From Podarcis liolepis (Eukaryota): 64,000 nt of DNA. Positions 59,341 through 64,000 of the stretch are shown piece after piece (within the stretch, counting starts at the first letter, position 1; every line of letters begins with the position of its first letter). Where the stretch lies: assembly GCA_965112155.1 (NCBI GenBank), contig OZ218103.1; one strand, written 5' to 3'. The notes under the pieces were generated by a model, which searched no databases, had not been told where the DNA came from, and worked only from the letters and a program-made list of their open reading frames with translations. A program made the translations under genes and the position numbers.

Positions 59341-62300
59341 TATTTTTTCATATTGTATAAAAACACCTCCTTTGGCACTTCATTTCCTCTGTCCATACAC
59401 CAATGTGCACCACCTTTACTGGAGGCCTACCCTAGATTGCATTAACCCTAGATTCTCACCCTGCTGCTGCCCTAGGAATATATGTTCATCATTCCCAGTT
59501 TCTGAGGACTTCCCACATGGATGATACTATTTCCCAAGAATGCATGTTCTTAGGTTCCACCTGCTCTGTCCTGGCTGGTTCTCCAGGAGCAACATGAGAA
59601 GGATGTCACAAAGGCCTATCCAGCCCAGCATCTTGCTTTTCCACAATGGTCCACCAAATGCATTATGACAAGTCCATAAGAACAGCATGGGCACAACAGT
59701 CCCCTCCTGCTGTCGTTCCCTGGCAACTGTTATTTAGAGGCATGGTGCCTCGGATCCTGATGCATATAACCATTGCAACTCCTAATCATTTATGGCTTTG
59801 TTCTCCGTTAATTTGCTTAATCCCCTTTTAAATCCATCTAATACCTGTATAGTTCTTCTCCTTGCTCAGAAGGTAGACCAATACATGCTTTCCGGCCACA
59901 GCTTGCGCAGGAAGGAAACACACAGCAAGACAGGTGGAGCCACGTAGCTCAAGCAAACAAGCCAAGCCAGGCCCCCCAAGGGAAGGGAAAAGGCAGATCC
60001 TTGCCAGAAACTGCTACCCCACAACCCTGCCCTTGACTCCCTTAGGTCTTTTCCCAAATAATTATTCAAAGTCAAGGACATCTCAGTCACATGGATCTAG
60101 AGACTGAACTTAAGTGGGGGTTTTTTTGCTCAATACCCTGCAAGAAGATTATACACACCCTCCTAACCATGCACTTTGCAATTCTTAGCTGCTCTGCGGC
60201 ACTGCTGTGCCCAGCCTCTGCTTTGCATTTTGCACACGGCTCCTCTGTGGCCCGATGCATGCTGTTTGTTTGCTTTGAAGTGATGTATAATCTGCACTGA
60301 TAATTAAAGAACGTCATTCCAGGGTTACTATTTATTGATACCAATTTAACTCGCCTCATACATCAAACACCAACCATCCATTGAAATCCCTGGTGAATTT
60401 CTGCATCCCAGAGACCTTGTTTTCATTACCCAGAACTGACAGGAATGACTTTTGGGGCACTGGTTCTTCTGCTTTGCCTGAGGCTTTGTATAGGCCACCT
60501 TTTTCGTCCTTCAGCACAGACAGAAGCAATTGCTGCTGTTCTGGATTAAATGGGGTCTGCAGTAGGGCAGTGTGATGCTTTTTTATATTATTATTATTAT
60601 TGCTATATACTATATGTGAGCAAGTCTCTCGGGGTACAGGTTCAGGGCTCTGGAAATTTGGGATGCATTGTATTAGGGAACAAGTTCAGTTTTTCTAGAC
60701 TGAATATTTAGTGTAACTAATGTTTGCTGAATCAAGCTCCTGATAGACATAGAGGAGACAGGGACTGTTTCAGTCTCATGATAGTCCAAATCACAACCCA
60801 GGGGATTTGTGGCACCAGCATAAAATGGCCGTCTAAGCATGGAATAGCCCAAAGACCACACAAATCCTACACACACCTTTGCACCTCTTTCTCCTCTCCT
60901 CTCTCTTGTTCATCTTCTGCTTCTGATTTAACACTTATTCAGGCAACTAGCAGAACTGGAACCCGTCAAAAGAACATAAGGAAAGCCTGCTGGTTCTAGT
61001 CCAGCATCCTGTTTTCACAGTGGCCAACCAGATGCCTGTGGGGAAAACTGCAAGCAGGATCCGAGCGCAAGAGCCCTCTCAGTAGCTCTGTCATGTCACT
61101 GCACCGCTGCAACTACAGCTGCCTGGGGCTGATGGGAGCTGTAATCCCAAACATCTGGATGGCACTATGTCATCAAAAGCTGGTCTATAAGGCAAGGCTG
61201 TCCATCAGTGTGCTCTCTTTACATAAACCAAATCCCCCTCCTTTCTTTAGAATCAGAAGAATAATTTAACACATGAAAAAGCCCTGCTAGATCAAAGCAA
61301 AGGTCCATCTGGTCCGGCATCCTGTTTCTCACAGTGTCCAGCTAAATGTCTTCAGAAACCTCACAGGTGGAGCATAAAGAGCCCCCCCTTGTTGTCATCC
61401 CCCCCCCTCAGCATCTGATACTCGGAAGCAGGCAGATTCTGAATACAACTCCTAATAAAAAATAGCTTTATTTAATTCCTGCCCCTCCCAATACATATTT
61501 GAGATCATACACGTCTTTTGTACCATGCTGTAAACATTTTGGCCTCTTTCACGTCACCTTGCACAGAGTGCCCTCTGGGATGTGTTTCTGAGCATTTTAT
61601 CCAAGCCACCTCACTTTAAGCAACCTCTCTTTATACAGTTGACAACTTTGTCAGATACTAGTTCTACGCACCAATTCACTGGCTTTCCTCTTAACCTCTA
61701 TATATATATGTATTATTAATCTCCACCTGCCTTATGTTTTTTGGGGTTCACTGAGTGAACTTGACGGTGTGAGACATGTAATTATTAAGTGATTTTCCAT
61801 TTCAGAGACATCATTTCACAGTTTTGCACCTTCATTTCATACATCAGATCATATAAAGCATCACATGTTCTTGAAACTCCATATGCACAACAGTCACTTT
61901 CTATAACCTGAGGCAGGGAATAACCCAGGGTGTTGCTTCAAGCAGGTATTTGGAATTTTTTTGTGTGAATATCTACAACATTATTATGGGACTGTCACCA
62001 AAAAGGGATATAAATAAGGAGGATGCAGTTTATCTAGGCTTCAGCACATAAATCACAGAGAAGGCTACAGAAGTAACTGGTTTACTGGTGAAGAGTCTCC
62101 AGCTGTTCAGAATAAGCTGCAAACAACACATATGCATACACAGTGGTGTGTGTGTGTGTGTGTGTTTGCTTTCCTTTGTTTCATTAATTAACCATACAGG
62201 AAGTCTTTATGGCTGAGGTCGGCAACTGGCAGCACCCAAGCTCAGTTCAGCTCCTGGACAATTGCCAGTTGGCCCATAGACCCATTTCCTCCCTGTTGTT

Positions 62301-64000
62301 ATTCCTTCCCTCTCACTTGGCAGTCTGCTTGCTTGCCTGCTGCTGTTGCTGCTACAGCAGCCAGGTTGGACTTAAAAGCCCGCTCCCAGCATGTGGCAAA
62401 CAAAAGGAAGGAGAAAAGCAGGAGAACACAGAAACCATCCATGAAGTTCTCCATTAATTCTGCATTATCCAGAGACAACTCGTGTGTGTGTCCCCATGTG
62501 GTTAATGGTTAACAGTGACTCAAGCAGTTTCCATACCTTCACCTTCTAGCCTTTTGGAGTAAGCTTTCTGCTATCATGGAAGATGTAAGCTAGCAGTCCA
62601 TCCAACCACAAGGGAGAAGGAAAGGCAGAATAAAAGGTGGGCACAGTTTCTATCCAAGGAAAGCATGCTCTGTCTGCAAGTAAAAGCTTCCTTAGCTAAC
62701 AGGATTGAGGCCCAGAACTTGCCCCCAGCCATTCCTATCTGCTAATTAAGGCACTGACTTCTGCCATATGGCTAGTCTATGTTTTCTGAGCATTTTTTGT
62801 TTCTCCAGTGCCCTCAGGGAATAAGGACTTTAAATTACACCCTGGGCTTGCCCTCCTTTTCATTGGACATTGTTTTCTCTTAGCCTGAGCTGAGTAAGCA
62901 TTGGCAAACAAGCAATCAGCCGTTCTGCTGTTTGTGTTACCCTCAGAGAGGTTAAAGCAATTTCCTTCTTGACTTAGGGAGGTTCATTACAACATTGTAT
63001 GAGGACCCCTGCAGTGATGGGATAACTGCTGTATAATTATGTAACTACCGTAAAAGCTTTGCTGAGATTAGAATATATTGTTTGAACTGATTTAGTGCAC
63101 CGGCTATGTTGCTTTCAGCACCACAAAAGGTTGTCCTATTGTTCTCTGATATTAGGCGAAAGCTTGCAAGCTTGTCAATTTACTGCCAATGAAATAACTC
63201 AGAAGCTGTAACAGGAAAGTGTTCCTTAAAATACACTCCAAGGAGGAATGCAACAGCCAGAGAGAAAACGAGATGAAATGCTGGGCCACTAAATGAGATA
63301 ATACTGTTTAAAAGAAGCAAAAGGCCAAGTGGAGGCCACGGGGTGAAGGACTGCAATTTAGAGGAAATGCACAGTAAAAATATACAGAAATCCAGAGAGG
63401 CTAAAGAACTATGAAAAACAATATCTAAATGCACCTGGAGTTAATAAGGAGCTTTTTTTTTGCAACAAGAGAAGGAGGCTTGTTTTCTCCAGATGTCATT
63501 GTTGACTAACTCCTTGGCTGCTTTCCCTCAAGCTGGTAGGTGGAAAGGCATAGCACAGCCTCCCCAAAGACCCACTGGTGCCAGTGAGAGCTCCCCATCT
63601 CCATGCCAAGGCTAACAGAGGTATAGGGAGAGGGTGATCTTCTTGGAAATCACAGCTGAGGAAAGGGTTAAACCTCACCACCACCTGTGGTGTGGCCCCA
63701 GCAAAATTACTAAATTTAAAAATCAACCTGGCATGCTTTCCAATGGTGCACTTGACATCCTGTCTAGTTGACCGTAAGCATTTGGTCCTGCTACAAGTGG
63801 ACACCCCAGGCTATCTGCTGTCATTGTCTTGGCCACACCCACTGCTGATGTGCAGTCTGTAGTCCCAGGAATGGCCAAGAGGCAGGGCAGCCCTCAAGCC
63901 CATCCTCATACGGATAGACCTGTTAGGAACATTTGCAGAATTCTGCCTCATTGTAGAGTGCGGGAATAAATCTGTTCCCCAAGGGAGCTGCAATTCAGGG

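Noticed and set aside
59400-64000. Further gene or conserved element upstream of HYI
   Set aside because: I see only decayed repeats and microsatellites; conservation cannot be judged without alignments.

Overview
Vertebrate genomic DNA, most likely from a lacertid lizard given the Sauria/Squam SINEs, squamate CR1, L2, L1 and Tigger-like MITEs. It is not a prokaryotic accessory region. The + strand carries the 3' part of SZT2, the KICSTOR scaffold subunit: 58 coding exons from 1 to the stop at 50007, about 2886 codons, with all splice phases consistent. HYI (hydroxypyruvate isomerase-like, 8 exons, 276 aa, 58976 to 51243) converges on it from the - strand, with a CpG-island promoter; about 59.4-64 kb is intergenic. 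The most striking element is a very young Penelope-like (GIY-YIG) retroelement in HYI intron 1. It has a 449-bp inverted repeat with no mismatch seen, a minimal hammerhead-ribozyme motif in each arm (one in the HYI pre-mRNA sense), and a readable template-switch scar. Other points: a tail-less L1 ORF2 fragment flanked by a ~58-bp duplication that copies an SZT2 5' splice site, a decayed ubiquitin fragment in an SZT2 intron, three GC-AG introns, and several nested TE insertions. Homology calls come from my recall of the protein and repeat families; no searches were run.
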